Notes: a model not told the origin generated them from the sequence alone. Counted from the stretch's first letter, positions 9,415-20,888 are shown. The stretch: 64,000 nucleotides of DNA from Candidatus Marinacidobacterales bacterium (GCA_965224085.1 CBDCYI010000005.1:1344001-1408000); one strand, 5' to 3'. Made by a program: numbers and translations.

Positions 9415-10269
9415 ATGCACTCAACTCGAGCTTTTTCTCGTGACGAAGGTTCGGCTTTCGTCATCTCAATTCTGATCCTCTTCGTACTTACAGTCTTGGG
9501 CATGGCTGTCATGCTCACGACCACGACGGAAGCGGACATCGCGATCAACTATCGGTGGGGCGAGCAGGCGTTTTTCAACGCCGATGCTGCACTGGAATAC
9601 GGTAAGAACGTGATCGCGGCGTGGGTGCTCAGCAACGGCGATTTCGCCGGGCTCCTACCGCCGGCAAGAACTGACGTGACGGTACCGAATTCGGGCGCGC
9701 CGTGGGGCTTGGGAACGCCCGCGCATCCTGATACGAACGCCTGTGACTCGACGACTCCCGGTTGTCGCGACTATCAATATGGGGTCGATCGCTGCCAGCC
9801 GGATGGGTCCGGGCCATGCGTGCGCATCTATATCGGTCGCGTGCTGACGCGACCGGACGGTACGTTGACACAATACGATTTTCGATGCCATGCCACACCC
9901 TGCCCTCCCCAGCTTCAGCCCGCGGTGTACGGCGATTTGGATGGGGACGGTTTCGCGGATTTGGAAGGGAGCTTCACGATTTGGGCGCGTCGACCGATCG
10001 TCGGCGATCAAGACTACGGTGCTCCTACGGTAACGGAACCGCTCGGGCGTCACGATCGCGTCATCTTGACGGCGGAGGGGACGGCCCCTGGGGCGATGGG
10101 CGCCGGCGCGGGACGGCCGGTATCGCTGCGGCGTTTGGAAATGACCATCCGGCGACCGAGCGGGGGCCTAGAAGGTGACGAATATTCCGACACGAGTCGC
10201 GCGAGCGACGCGGGCGTTCGGCGTACGACCTACGGGCAATCGAACGCGGTCGACTTCCCGGCGAACTGA
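9415..10269 (+). CDS. pilX: PilX-like type IV pilus assembly protein
   Basis: DEG/SAFVISILILFVLTVLG...AFFNADAALE matches the PilX N-terminal pattern; lies between pilV and pilY1. Confidence 0.8.
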   Translation: MHSTRAFSRDEGSAFVISILILFVLTVLGMAVMLTTTTEADIAINYRWGEQAFFNADAALEYGKNVIAAWVLSNGDFAGLLPPARTDVTVPNSGAPWGLGTPAHPDTNACDSTTPGCRDYQYGVDRCQPDGSGPCVRIYIGRVLTRPDGTLTQYDFRCHATPCPPQLQPAVYGDLDGDGFADLEGSFTIWARRPIVGDQDYGAPTVTEPLGRHDRVILTAEGTAPGAMGAGAGRPVSLRRLEMTIRRPSGGLEGDEYSDTSRASDAGVRRTTYGQSNAVDFPAN

Positions 10270-10301
10270 GACTCCGTTTCAAGATCGAGGACGAGAAAAT
10301 C

Positions 10302-13300
10302 ATGCGCTCTTATCGAATCATCAAAAGAACTCTCTTGGCTCTCATCACCGTCGGTATCGCGATCACCTTTACTCAGACGGGGCGGGCCGCACCACCCTGT
10401 CTCGTCGAAAGGGGTCTCAACCCGCTCGATATCATTGGGTCCGGCGTCCTTCACAACGTTTGGGTCATGCTCGGCACCTCCAGGTCGATGGACGACCCGT
10501 TCCAAGGTGGGGCATGCATTCCAGGGGTCGATTGCAAGATCGACATCGCGAAGGACGTTATCAAGGAGCTCATGGACCGGATAGTGGATGCTTCGGGGCG
10601 ACCTCGCGTCAATTGGGCTTTCGTGCACTACGGCGCCGGCTTGAGCAACAACCCGTTTGGTCGGGGAAAGTGCCTTCAAGTCGACGCGCCGGCAGATTTG
10701 GATTTTTTCCCGGACAAACCCGGTGAATGCGTCGGCCTCGAGGATACGGCTTTCGTTTCTCCTCCGCTTTGTGGCGACGATTCGAGGGGGGCCATCCGGA
10801 CAAAGCTCGATGGTATCGTTAGCGGGGGCGCTACGCCGCTCGGCATCACCTACACGGATATCGCGGAATACCTAATCGGAGAGCAACGCCCGGACGACCC
10901 CACCGTGAGCGCGAACACGACCAATTTCGTGGATGGCCTCCTGCCCGACCAGAAGAATTTCGTCATTCAGGTCACGGATGGCAACGATACGTGCGAATGT
11001 GAATTTGGTGGATACCCTGGCTTTGCCTTGACGCCTTCCGACCCCTCGAAAAGGTGTACCTATTCGCTGGCGGACCCCCCTTCTTCCGAACCCCACCAAC
11101 GACCCGGCGTGCGCCGACCTGGTGCCGCGTCCCGTCAAGATGCGGCCGAGCTCGACCGACCCTTTCATGGAAGAGGACTCCATTTTACCTGATGTTACCG
11201 TACCAGGATCTATCCAAAACGCCGGACGCGATGTCGCGGCTTACAACGCGGGCCTCAAAGGCGAAGCCGCGCTCAAGGCGATCGATCCTAATCTCGACGG
11301 CTCCCAAGGGAATCTCTTCACGATCGGGATGGATTTGTCAGATACGGACAAGAGGAGGATCAACACGATCTCCTGGCTGTCGAGCGGCGCCCGCCTCCCC
11401 GGTCGCGATGTGTCCTTAATGAACAAGGCGCTCTTTGCGAGTGACAGGGAGGGACTCGTCGCCGCGTTCGAGGACGTCCTCGACCGCATTGGCATTCCGA
11501 CGTCGGAAGTGTCTTTCGGCCCTTCGACCGTTGCCTCGGTGAGGGAAGTCGTCCCCACGCACACGAATACGGACGTGTCGGCCATCGAGCTGGACCCAGC
11601 AGGGGCGGCCAGTGCTGGCAAAATTCGTGAGGCGCGGATCGAGCGCGCCAACCACCGCAACAACGTTTTGTTCACGACGACCGCGGAGATACCGAGCTTT
11701 CGCGGTCATTTGAAAGCGTTCAATATTTATACGGTGACCGACCCAGCTTTCCCTCGCACGGCGCGTGAAGCAGATTTCTCGTTGATTTGGGACGCCGGAG
11801 TCGAGCTTCAAGACGACGACCCGGATGCGCGTCCCATTTTTTTCAACCGAGAGGGGGAAACCCTAGTCCGGGAATTCACCACGGTCGAAGTTCGTCCCGA
11901 GGATCTCGGCGTCATGGCTGGCTATCTGTCCGAGCTCGACGGGATCGGCGCACTGACCGATGAGCACGCGAGAGATATCGTCGTCAAAGTCACACGTGGC
12001 CACCGGCTCTCTGTCCATCCGACTACCGGTACGATCTACAAAGTGCCGTGTCCCTGCATAAATACGGACCTGAATTTCTCTACTCTGGACGAGAACGGCG
12101 ATCCTACGTGGAAGCTCTACGAGAACACCGCCGGGTCGATTGCGGTGGTAGCGAACCCGCCGCGGTCGCCCGATTTCGATCCGCCGCTTGCTCACGCCGC
12201 CGAGTATGGCGTCGGCGGCTCGGTCGCTGGTGACGGCTTCTTCTGGGACCACTTCAACCGAAAGACGATCGTTTATTACACATCCAACTTCGGAATGCTG
12301 CAAGGCTTCGAAGGGGAAACAGGCAAGGAGGTCGTCGCGTTCATTCCGGACGACATCGTCGGGCTAGCGCTCACTGAGGTTGCGGGAAGCCGGGACACGT
12401 TGAAGGACGTCGTCAAGAACGTCGTGACGAACAATAACGGCATTATCAATCACAAATTTACGGCATCGGGACGCGCGACCATCGACGACGCGTTCCTTCG
12501 CGCCGATAACGGCGAAGACGATAAATGGCACTCGATGATCGTGTTTGGCCGCGGTAAAGGGGGGCGTTTCATCACCGCGATGGACATTACTACCGTCCCG
12601 AGCGCCCCGAACTCCATCCGCTTGTTGTGGAATCGCGGTAATCGCGAACTTCCAGTCATGGAAGGGCCGATCGACGGGCTAGGCGAGACCTTCTCGACGC
12701 CCGTTCTAGGAAATGTCGATACCCGAGGTCCGAGCACGCCGCCCGAGGAGGCCGATCAATGGCTCGTTTTTGCCGGCGGTGGGTACGGTTGTGACAACCC
12801 CGAGAACGAAGGGCAGAACCTCTTTGCTTTTCGCGCCGAAGATGGCGTCATCTACTACACGGCCTGGGCCGGAAACGACTCCTCGGCCGCGATCCCGTAC
12901 AACGCGCTTCCCGCAAGGCCGACGCTATTCAACCCTCATGATGCGGACACTCTAGACCCCAAAGACTTCGTGACGCGCGTCTATATTCCGGACGTACAAG
13001 GCAAAGTCCACAAACTTGTCACGACCGATCCGGACCCTGCGAACTGGCAATTCACCGTCTTCGCGGAGATGGGAACCGATCATCCGATTACCGCACCGGT
13101 CACGCTGCTGGACGACCCGTTCACGCCGGATCGCGTCTTCGTCATGGCGGGCTCTGGAGGCGACAGCCGGGCCGCCGTCCCTGTCGACGGCTTTGGGTTT
13201 CGCATCTGGCTCGACACCGACGTCGAAGGCACGGCGACGACGCAATACCCTGTGGGATCGCCCGCTAGTTTCGAGACAGCGTTTCAGAACGAGGAAAGGA

Positions 13301-13689
13301 TGACGGGACAAGCCGTGACCTTGGGCTCCATCGGAGACCCGGCTCCCGCCACGGTATTTTTCGTCGCATCGGAAGGTGAATTCGACACCTTGGCTTGCAC
13401 GTCGTCCTTCTTTAGCACTCTTTACGCTATCGGCGTCGAGTCGGGCCAGCCGGAATTCGACCTCGACCCAGATTCCCCGGGGGAGACATCGACCTCTCTG
13501 GGAGAGGGCAAAGCAACCCTTTTCGGGCGCGACGGGAACCTCTATGTCACCCGAAGTGGCGGGCTAGACGTGAACGCGGACGTAAGCGTTTTTGGCGACG
13601 GCAATTTCGACGACGACTCCATGCCTTCTGGCAGCGGTCCTTTCTCCATTCAGCTCTCCGTGGAAGGATTTCGTATCTCGCCGTTCTAA
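10302..13689 (+). pseudogene. pilY1: PilY1/PilC-like adhesin (vWA-like domain plus beta-propeller) split by a frameshift at a C6 tract (11075-11080)
   Basis: Signal peptide, GTSRSM/GATPLG/VTDG vWA-like motifs, then PilC-type WDAG, NFGMLQGF..ETGKEVVAFIP and LGETFSTP; a C5 tract would join the two ORFs. Confidence 0.8.
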
Positions 13690-13930
13690 CGATTCGTAGC
13701 CCGGTGGAAAGAATCTGACCGTACAGGTCTCGGAGGAACCGCCTCCTAGGCTGAATCCATTCAGCGGGTGGCCGGACTCGCTCCGTATCGGTTGTCGGCG
13801 GCCATTGTAGGTCCGTACAGCGACGCAATCAATCGGCGCTACGCACGGCGTTCGACCAGGAAGTGGGGAAGCGCGACCTCGAGAAGTTCAGACGACCTTC
13901 CGGTACAAGAGCGCGTTGAGCTTGGTATCG

Positions 13931-14040
13931 ATGATCTTCGTCGACACCTCGTTTTGGGTCGCCATTAGGAATCGTCTCGACGCAATCACGAACAAGCAAC
14001 ACAGTTGCTGCGCGACAACGCCGGTGTGCGGGTTTCGTCG
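13931..14040 (+). pseudogene. Remnant of a VapC/PIN-domain toxin gene
   Basis: MIFVDTSFWVAIRNRLDA followed, after a 1-nt shift, by HEQATQLLRD; the gene breaks off after about 35 codons. Confidence 0.7.
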
Positions 14041-14067
14041 AGCTGAGAGCTTGATACTGCTGCCGCT

Positions 14068-15378
14068 TCAGAGCAAGTGGCGAGCTTTGACGTCGAGATA
14101 TTGGTTGATGACTTCAGCGGCGAGCTGGTTGGGAACCACTTCGGTCGCGTGGATCCCCGAGGCCCGCAAACCGAAGAGTCTCCGCTCTTGCGCCGCGAGC
14201 ATCTCCGTTGCCGCGGCGACTTGATACGCTTTCAGGTCGGTCCCCGGCAGCTGTTCGGCGAGGCCGATGAGAGGCAAGTCTTTCAGGAGCACGCAGAGAA
14301 AAAGGTGCGATGATATGAGCGTTCGCAAGTACCGGCCGATGGCGTCGAGATGCTGATCGTCGAGCGCGTAAGTGACGAGCAGAACGAGAGCGCGCTTTTT
14401 CTGGCGGCGCAGTAGCTCCTCGCAAGCGAGGCCGTAATCCGAGGCCTCGTGGCGAGGCTCCAGATCGTAGGTTTTTTGGATCAAAGAGTGGACGGCCGCC
14501 TTTCCGCGGATGGGGCCGACGTAGCGCTCGATGCAGTTGGAAAAAGCGATGAGCGATACGTTGTCCCCTTGACCGAGCGCGATATAGCTCAAGATGACCG
14601 ATGCATTGAGACCGCGGTCGAGATGTGAGATGCCTTCGGTCTCGTTGAGCATTGAGCGCCCGCAGTCGAGCAGAATGACGATGTTCTGATTTCTCTCGGT
14701 CGTGAATTCTCGACTGATGAGTTTTTGGTGTTTGGCGGTGGCGCTCCAGTCGATGTGGCGCATCTCGTCCTCGCGCCGATACTCCCTGAGCCGTTCGAAC
14801 TCGCCTTCCTTTCCGCGGAGCCTCCAAAGCTTGAGTCCCATTTCTGAAAGGCGGTTGCGCCGAGCGAGCAAGTCGAACCGCCGCACGGTTCGGATGTCGG
14901 GATAGATGCGCACTTCGTTCTCGAGCCGCCGCCGTACGTTGCGCGTCCAAAGCCCGAGGGGACTCTGATAGCGAAAGTGCACGAACGTGAATCGATTGGG
15001 GCCGCGTCGCTGCGGATAGACGTGATAGGTCACCTCGACTTCACGCTGCGGTTTGAGCTCGATTTCCATGGGCAGCCCTTCGACGCGGCTAGGCTCCGGC
15101 GGTTCATCAGTGAGCTCGAGCGTCATCGGTCCTGGAGCGCGGCTCAGGAGTCTTAGCACAACCGGGTTCTGCGCCCCGACGCTCAAAACGTCCGACACTT
15201 CCCGCAAGGTCTCGAATCGGTCGGGGCGGACGGTTCGGTAAAGGTCGACGCCGGCAACGAGAGCGAGCACTCCGTTTATGGCGAGCCCGACCAGCGTGAA
15301 CGCCGGGTACCACATCCCGAGCACGAGAGCGGTGCCCGCGAGTGCTATATATCCCAGAAGCGGCGTGCGAGGGATCAC
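14068..15378 (-). CDS. DUF58 family vWA-like partner of MoxR
   Basis: EFERLREYRREDEMRHIDWSATAK and LLDCGRSM; GTG start overlaps the moxR stop. Confidence 0.92.
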   Translation of the reverse strand: MIPRTPLLGYIALAGTALVLGMWYPAFTLVGLAINGVLALVAGVDLYRTVRPDRFETLREVSDVLSVGAQNPVVLRLLSRAPGPMTLELTDEPPEPSRVEGLPMEIELKPQREVEVTYHVYPQRRGPNRFTFVHFRYQSPLGLWTRNVRRRLENEVRIYPDIRTVRRFDLLARRNRLSEMGLKLWRLRGKEGEFERLREYRREDEMRHIDWSATAKHQKLISREFTTERNQNIVILLDCGRSMLNETEGISHLDRGLNASVILSYIALGQGDNVSLIAFSNCIERYVGPIRGKAAVHSLIQKTYDLEPRHEASDYGLACEELLRRQKKRALVLLVTYALDDQHLDAIGRYLRTLISSHLFLCVLLKDLPLIGLAEQLPGTDLKAYQVAAATEMLAAQERRLFGLRASGIHATEVVPNQLAAEVINQYLDVKARHLL

Positions 15379-16364
15379 GATCTTGGGGCCGTCACCGTGC
15401 CCAGGATCTGAGCCACGACACCGTCCGTCGTCTCGCCTTCGATCTCGGCTTCGGAGCGCAAGATCAAACGATGCCGCAAGACCCAGGGCGCGATTTCCTT
15501 GATGTCGTCGGGTGTCACGAAATCTCGCCCGCGGCATGCCGCCAGCACACGCGACGCGATGAGCAGATTGACGCTTCCTCGAGGGCTCGCCCCGACGGCG
15601 ACCGAGTGGAAACCGCGTGTCTTGGCTACGATCTCGGTGATGTACTGGATGACTTTGGGCTCGACGATCACATGCGAGGCGGCAAGTTGGGCGGCGATTA
15701 CGTCCTCCGCCTGCATCACCGGGTTCAGATCGAAATCGCTCAGTTCCCGAGGATCGCGTCCTTCGGCATAGTGCGCCAGGATTTTGTTCTCGTCCTCGTT
15801 CGTCGGGTAATCGACGAGCAGCTTGAACATGAAACGGTCGATCTGCGCTTCCGGCAGCGGATAGGTGCCTTCGTGCTCGAGCGGGTTCTGGGTGGCGAGG
15901 ACGAGAAACGGGCGCCTCAACCGATAGGTTTTGCCGTCCGCGGTGACCTGGTGCTCTTGCATGACCTCGAGCAGAGCGGATTGCGTCTTTGGTGGCGAGC
16001 GATTGATCTCGTCAGTGAGGAGCAGGTTGGTGAACACCGGCCCCGGCTTGAAGTGGAACTCTTGCTCCTTCATGTCGAAGACGCTGTGGCCGGTGAGGTC
16101 CGACGGCATCAAGTCCGGGGTGAACTGGATACGGCGAAAGTGGCAGGAAACGGTCCGCGCGAGAACATTGACTAGAAGCGTCTTTCCGAGGCCAGGCCGG
16201 CCTTCGAGCAAAATGTTGCCTTCGGAGAACAGCGCGACGAGGACGCCTTCGATCAGGCGCTTTTGACCTACGATGACTTTGCTCACTTCGGCGCTCACCG
16301 CCTCGAACAAACTCGCAACCCGATCTAGGGCCATCGGTTCCGGAATGTTCCGTTCTTCCATCAA
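15375..16364 (-). CDS. moxR: MoxR family AAA+ ATPase
   Basis: EGRPGLGKT, RIQFTPDLMPSD, DEINRSPPKTQSALLE and ATQNPLEHEGTYPLPEAQIDRF. Confidence 0.96.
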   Translation of the reverse strand: MMEERNIPEPMALDRVASLFEAVSAEVSKVIVGQKRLIEGVLVALFSEGNILLEGRPGLGKTLLVNVLARTVSCHFRRIQFTPDLMPSDLTGHSVFDMKEQEFHFKPGPVFTNLLLTDEINRSPPKTQSALLEVMQEHQVTADGKTYRLRRPFLVLATQNPLEHEGTYPLPEAQIDRFMFKLLVDYPTNEDENKILAHYAEGRDPRELSDFDLNPVMQAEDVIAAQLAASHVIVEPKVIQYITEIVAKTRGFHSVAVGASPRGSVNLLIASRVLAACRGRDFVTPDDIKEIAPWVLRHRLILRSEAEIEGETTDGVVAQILGTVTAPRS

Positions 16365-17491
16365 TGACTCCTCACTATCGCCTTGCGCCTCACTACTGCC
16401 AATGATCTCAAGATATGCGCGACGCGGCCACGCTCGAGGCTCGGGCTTCGCGCCGCCCGCACCGCCTGGTCGACCGCGGCGGCAGACTTCACATCGTCGC
16501 GCAAGGCGCGCTTGTCGAACTCGAGATGACGCTCCCGGCCCGACAGGCGTAGACCAAAATCCTGTCGAAAGAACTCGAGATAGGGGACGATCAGCTTGGA
16601 CCCCGAGCCCACCTTGAAGTGGAGCATGCCGAGGGCCTCGGCATGCTCGACGAGGCTTCGCCGCGCCGAGCTCGCCGCTCTACGGAGCGGTCCGAAGCGC
16701 CGCCCCACCATCCAGCCGAAGAGCAACGTGATAACGAGGAGCTGGATCGTCACGACGCGAAACGGCGATTCGAACAGAATGCCCACGACGCGAGGAGCTC
16801 CGGCCTCGTTCATCTCTTCGTCGAAATAGACCGAGCCCTGGGGCGATGCGGATTCCACGATGCGAAATGCGAGTAGGCCGTGACCCTCGGTCGCGAGGGA
16901 GCGGTTCGTGAAAATGTAGTCGCTCGCCACGACGACGACGACGCCGTCACCGATCGGTCGCCACATCACTTGTGGCGACCCGTCGACGCTGAGCGTGACG
17001 CTCACATCCGATGCCTCGCTCTGGACTTCGCCAGCGGAGACCCAATCGACTTCGCCGACGTTGAAATCGGTGGCGAAATCGGTGACGAAGCCCGGCGCCT
17101 CATCCTCTTGAAGAGCCGCGGTGGCTGGCACGACACGGATGTGGAAGGGCTCGAGTGCTATGGCCGGGTCTTGCTGCCGGGCGGCGAACACCAGCGCGTG
17201 TCCTCGAGCGACCCAGTCGAAGAGAGTCTGCCACTGGGCGCGATCGGGATAGCGTGCGGGTCCGAGCATCAAGAGCACATCCGCACCTTCCTCCGCGGGG
17301 ATGAGCGAGCCCGAGCTTCGCTCGACTCGGTCCAAGAGCTCTTGGGCCAAAAGAAAAAACGCTTTTTTCCCAGCCGAATCCTCGCTGAAGGAATCGATCG
17401 GGGTGCGCGCCTCGGGTGCGGGGATCAAGCCGTAGCCCACGGCAACGAGCATCAAGAGCGCGCCCACCCAAAGCCATTCGTTTTGTCTCAT
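16361..17491 (-). CDS. DUF4350-like membrane-anchored protein
   Basis: DSFS...GKKAF, IFTNRSL, VYFDE and RRFGP motifs; typical position in this operon. Confidence 0.75.
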   Translation of the reverse strand: MRQNEWLWVGALLMLVAVGYGLIPAPEARTPIDSFSEDSAGKKAFFLLAQELLDRVERSSGSLIPAEEGADVLLMLGPARYPDRAQWQTLFDWVARGHALVFAARQQDPAIALEPFHIRVVPATAALQEDEAPGFVTDFATDFNVGEVDWVSAGEVQSEASDVSVTLSVDGSPQVMWRPIGDGVVVVVASDYIFTNRSLATEGHGLLAFRIVESASPQGSVYFDEEMNEAGAPRVVGILFESPFRVVTIQLLVITLLFGWMVGRRFGPLRRAASSARRSLVEHAEALGMLHFKVGSGSKLIVPYLEFFRQDFGLRLSGRERHLEFDKRALRDDVKSAAAVDQAVRAARSPSLERGRVAHILRSLAVVRRKAIVRSH

Positions 17492-18255
17492 TCGGATGCC
17501 TCTAGCAGACTGCTCGACTCGTGGAAGCTCTTCCTATAGGCGCGGGCACACGTGAGATAACTTTCTGCGGTCGCGTTGCGTCGGCCGAAATAGACGAGCT
17601 CGAACGCGGCGGCGATCGTGCGGAGCGACTCCCGCATCGCGCCGCGCGCCGCCCAAATGTAGTCACGGTTGGTCAAGCCGCGGCGGTGCCGGATGAGCCC
17701 CCGTCTTTCGGTAGCACTCATGGCGCCGAGCAAGAGCTCCCGGATAGCACCTTTGTAGTCTTTTTGAGCTTGGAGTTTTTCGGCGCGCGCCCAGTATTGC
17801 TCTGGGGGCGTCTCCCCCGGCGTGGCGCCCGCCTGCACCAGGTGCGCTTGTGCATCCTCCCGCGGCAAGCTCTTCTGCCTGTGTGTTGAGAGTGCGGTTT
17901 TCAAGATGAACGCGAGCACGACGATGAGCAAAGCACCCACGAGTGCATAGACGAGAGTGTTCACGCCGACAAAACTCGTCGTCTTTGGAGCTTCCGCTTC
18001 GGGCTTGGACGCAAGCAGCTGCTCGAGCCACTCGAAGAAACGCTCGAGCCAAGAGGCGTTCTCGTCGGAGGTCTCCGGCTGGGGCTTTTCGGTGAGCCGG
18101 CGAAATTCCGGTTGCGCCATGATCGCCTCGAGCGTCTCCGTAACGACGATCGCGTCACGATACACGATGCTTTCCGCCTGCTCGTCTTGCGCAAAAGCCG
18201 CTGCCGCCGCCGTCCACACGAAGAGCCATAGCACGGCCCATCGCTCATTACGCAT
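17488..18255 (-). CDS. DUF4129-like membrane protein
   Basis: YKGAIR..L, GLTNRDY and FELVYFG; operon position. Confidence 0.75.
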   Translation of the reverse strand: MRNERWAVLWLFVWTAAAAAFAQDEQAESIVYRDAIVVTETLEAIMAQPEFRRLTEKPQPETSDENASWLERFFEWLEQLLASKPEAEAPKTTSFVGVNTLVYALVGALLIVVLAFILKTALSTHRQKSLPREDAQAHLVQAGATPGETPPEQYWARAEKLQAQKDYKGAIRELLLGAMSATERRGLIRHRRGLTNRDYIWAARGAMRESLRTIAAAFELVYFGRRNATAESYLTCARAYRKSFHESSSLLEASE

Positions 18256-19096
18256 GCGACAATCTCCCGGCCTCGGCATGTGACAATCTTCTGGCCTCGA
18301 CGCGAAGCTCGATCTCTACATCCCAACCTTCTTTGCGAACGCGTGCGTCCAGATAGCAGAAAAACCAAGCGAGGCGCGCGAGCGGATAGACGAGCCACCA
18401 CGTTGCGGAGAGAGCACCCACGAGCAGAGGATCGTAGGCGAGCAAGTTCGCGATGTCTTCGGCAGCAACGGCCCACGAAACTTTGGCCATCAGTATCGGC
18501 GTGGCGAATAGGAACTGCGTGCCTAAATCGAACAGCAGGAAGAGCATAACGCCGACGCAAAACGTGAAGGCTAGAATGCTCGCATAGCGGCCGCAAGTCT
18601 CCAGATAGGAGTTTCGGAGGATCTCTTCGAGGCGCTTCAGAGTCCGGGAACCGCGGAGCTGTTCGAGGATGAGTACTTCGGACAAGAAGCCGTAGCGTGT
18701 CGCCGCCGGAATGGAAAGAAGGCCCCAGCACATGACCCCGATGAGGGCATAAACGAAGCGGGCCGCGGGGAGCCAGAGAAGAAGCACCGGGAGCCGCCGG
18801 TAGGTGTGCAACAGGGCGCGTCGGATGGTGAATTCCTCGCCGAAGACGTGATGGCCCGCTCCGGCCACGACGGTGGCGCCCAGAAACGGGGACACGAAGA
18901 GAAAGAGCAGTCCCGACAGAATCCAACCGTTGCCATTGGCCGCGCCGAGCATTCCGAAGGTGACCGGAACGGCGCCGAAGATAAACGAGAGCGGGAGCAG
19001 TTTGCCGATGTGGTGCCGGTAAAACAGAATGGCGATGTCGATGCAAGCGCCGACCGATCGCGACTCGAGTGCGAGCGAAGCCTCCTCGAGCTTCAT
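18248..19096 (-). CDS. Conserved multi-pass membrane protein of RDD-MoxR operons
   Basis: Start MKLEEASLALESRSVGACIDIA; C-terminal YLDARVRKEGWDVE motif. Confidence 0.8.
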   Translation of the reverse strand: MKLEEASLALESRSVGACIDIAILFYRHHIGKLLPLSFIFGAVPVTFGMLGAANGNGWILSGLLFLFVSPFLGATVVAGAGHHVFGEEFTIRRALLHTYRRLPVLLLWLPAARFVYALIGVMCWGLLSIPAATRYGFLSEVLILEQLRGSRTLKRLEEILRNSYLETCGRYASILAFTFCVGVMLFLLFDLGTQFLFATPILMAKVSWAVAAEDIANLLAYDPLLVGALSATWWLVYPLARLAWFFCYLDARVRKEGWDVEIELRVEARRLSHAEAGRLSHA

Positions 19097-20079
19097 CGTG
19101 GGTCCTCCCCCCGTCCCGCGAAGCCGAGATAAGCGATCACCGCGAGCCAGAAAATGGAAGCGGCGACATATTTGACCATCGGCGGCAACGGCTGGGCGGA
19201 CCAAAAACCCTCGATCATCGCAGCGACGAAGAGCATCCCCGCAGCACCGAGAGCGAGCTGAACGGCGACGCGGCCGCGCTCGCGCAAAGAATCGACGCGC
19301 GACAGATTTCCGGGCCCGAGAATTGCGTGACCGAGCACGAGACCTGCCGCGCCCGAGACGACGATCGCGGTAAGCTCGAAGGAGCTGTGGGAGACGACGA
19401 AGCCCAGGAAACGCTCGCCGTGCCCTTGGGCGATGACATAGCCGGCTACCGTACCGATCTGAATCCCGTTCGAGAGAAGAACGTATATCGTTCCGAGACC
19501 GAGGAAGAAGCCGAGAGCAAAACACTGGAAGGCGATCGATGTGTTGTGCTTTATGTAGAAGCCCGCCATGGCCGCATCTTGGCGCTCGAAACCGCTATCC
19601 GCATCGTCATCGGATTCCGTCGAGTCGCCCTCGTACATGCTCTCCATCGCGTAGAGCACCGAGCCGGGAAGCACGCGATGCGCGAGACTCGGCTCGGAAA
19701 CGATAATGGCCCAGCTCACCGCCATGGGCACGAAGAACAACGCTGCTGCTGCCCAGAAGAAAGCTTGATTCTGTCGCAGCAGCCGCGGGAAGACGTGCGC
19801 AAAAAACGCGATCACGCGGCCGCGTTTCATGGGCTTGCCACCGTAAAACGCGCTGTGACCGCGGACGACGAGGTCGTTCAAGTAGCGTTCGATGGCCGAG
19901 CCCCAGTCACGGGACCGCACTTGTGCGAGGTCGTAACAGAGGGCGCGGAAGAGCTCCGAAAATTCACTGACTTCGTCGGGAGCGAGCTTCGGCTTTCCCG
20001 GTGCCTCGGCTCGCGTAAGAAGCGACTCGAACCGTTCCCACGCGGGTCGACGATCGCGGACAAAGCTCTGTTTGTTCAT
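19093..20079 (-). CDS. SpoIIM/DUF95 family membrane protein
   Basis: WERFE, YLNDLV.RGH, YIKHN, NGIQIG, SHSSFEL and AAMIEGF. Confidence 0.9.
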   Translation of the reverse strand: MNKQSFVRDRRPAWERFESLLTRAEAPGKPKLAPDEVSEFSELFRALCYDLAQVRSRDWGSAIERYLNDLVVRGHSAFYGGKPMKRGRVIAFFAHVFPRLLRQNQAFFWAAAALFFVPMAVSWAIIVSEPSLAHRVLPGSVLYAMESMYEGDSTESDDDADSGFERQDAAMAGFYIKHNTSIAFQCFALGFFLGLGTIYVLLSNGIQIGTVAGYVIAQGHGERFLGFVVSHSSFELTAIVVSGAAGLVLGHAILGPGNLSRVDSLRERGRVAVQLALGAAGMLFVAAMIEGFWSAQPLPPMVKYVAASIFWLAVIAYLGFAGRGEDPR

Positions 20080-20888
20080 GCGGCGCTCGAGCCCGTGACG
20101 TCGGCCTTGCCGCCGACACGCGAGCTCCTCAAAACGCGAAACAAGAACTCGGCGGGCTGTTCGCGCGCGAATTTTCTTAGGTCGAAGGATAAGAGCCGCC
20201 GTCCCATCGGCTCGGCGAGAATCATCGCGATCTCGTCGAGCCGGGCAGAAGCGAGGTCGAGCTTGCGACAAAAAAGCGCCTCGATCGCCTCGAGCGTTTT
20301 CTCGGCCGGGCGGTAGCGGTGCTCGAACGCGTTCATCGGAAAGGGCTCGTAACTGGCAAGACCCGCGATCTCACCTTTGAGCTCCGGGCGGCGCTCACGG
20401 ATGACCATCGTGCCCGCGACCAGATCGCCGATGCGTTGCATGCGGGAGGTCGACGCCGCAGCGATGAAGCCCGCTGCGTAGAAGAGCGGAAAGAAATCAG
20501 CCGCTCGGAGAAGGTTTCGAAGCATGGCGTCGTAAAAGCTGATGGAGTAACCCTCCGTCTTGATGACACGCAGTCCGAAGATACGCTTTCCGGGCGTCTG
20601 CCCGTTCCACCACGTCTCAAAAAAACACCCATAGCCCCATTCGAGCACGAAGGCGAGAACGTAGAAGACGCCCGTCGAAAGAGCGGTGCCGGTCACCGGG
20701 GCGAGGAGAGCTCCAATGGCGATGGCCATCGCAGAGAAGATGACGACCCGTAGCGCGAAGTCCACCAAATAGGCGCCGAGCCGCATGCCGGGGCCCGCGA
20801 GGCGAAAAGCGAGACGGACGTTCTCTGGAGTCTCGAGATAGGTGCGATTGCTCAGCGGTTCGAAAGATCGATCGTCGCGAGGCTGCAT
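20076..20888 (-). CDS. RDD family membrane protein
   Basis: ETPENV..AG...RLGAYLVD, GQTPGKR, RNLLR..D and QRIGDLVAGT. Confidence 0.92.
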   Translation of the reverse strand: MQPRDDRSFEPLSNRTYLETPENVRLAFRLAGPGMRLGAYLVDFALRVVIFSAMAIAIGALLAPVTGTALSTGVFYVLAFVLEWGYGCFFETWWNGQTPGKRIFGLRVIKTEGYSISFYDAMLRNLLRAADFFPLFYAAGFIAAASTSRMQRIGDLVAGTMVIRERRPELKGEIAGLASYEPFPMNAFEHRYRPAEKTLEAIEALFCRKLDLASARLDEIAMILAEPMGRRLLSFDLRKFAREQPAEFLFRVLRSSRVGGKADVTGSSAA

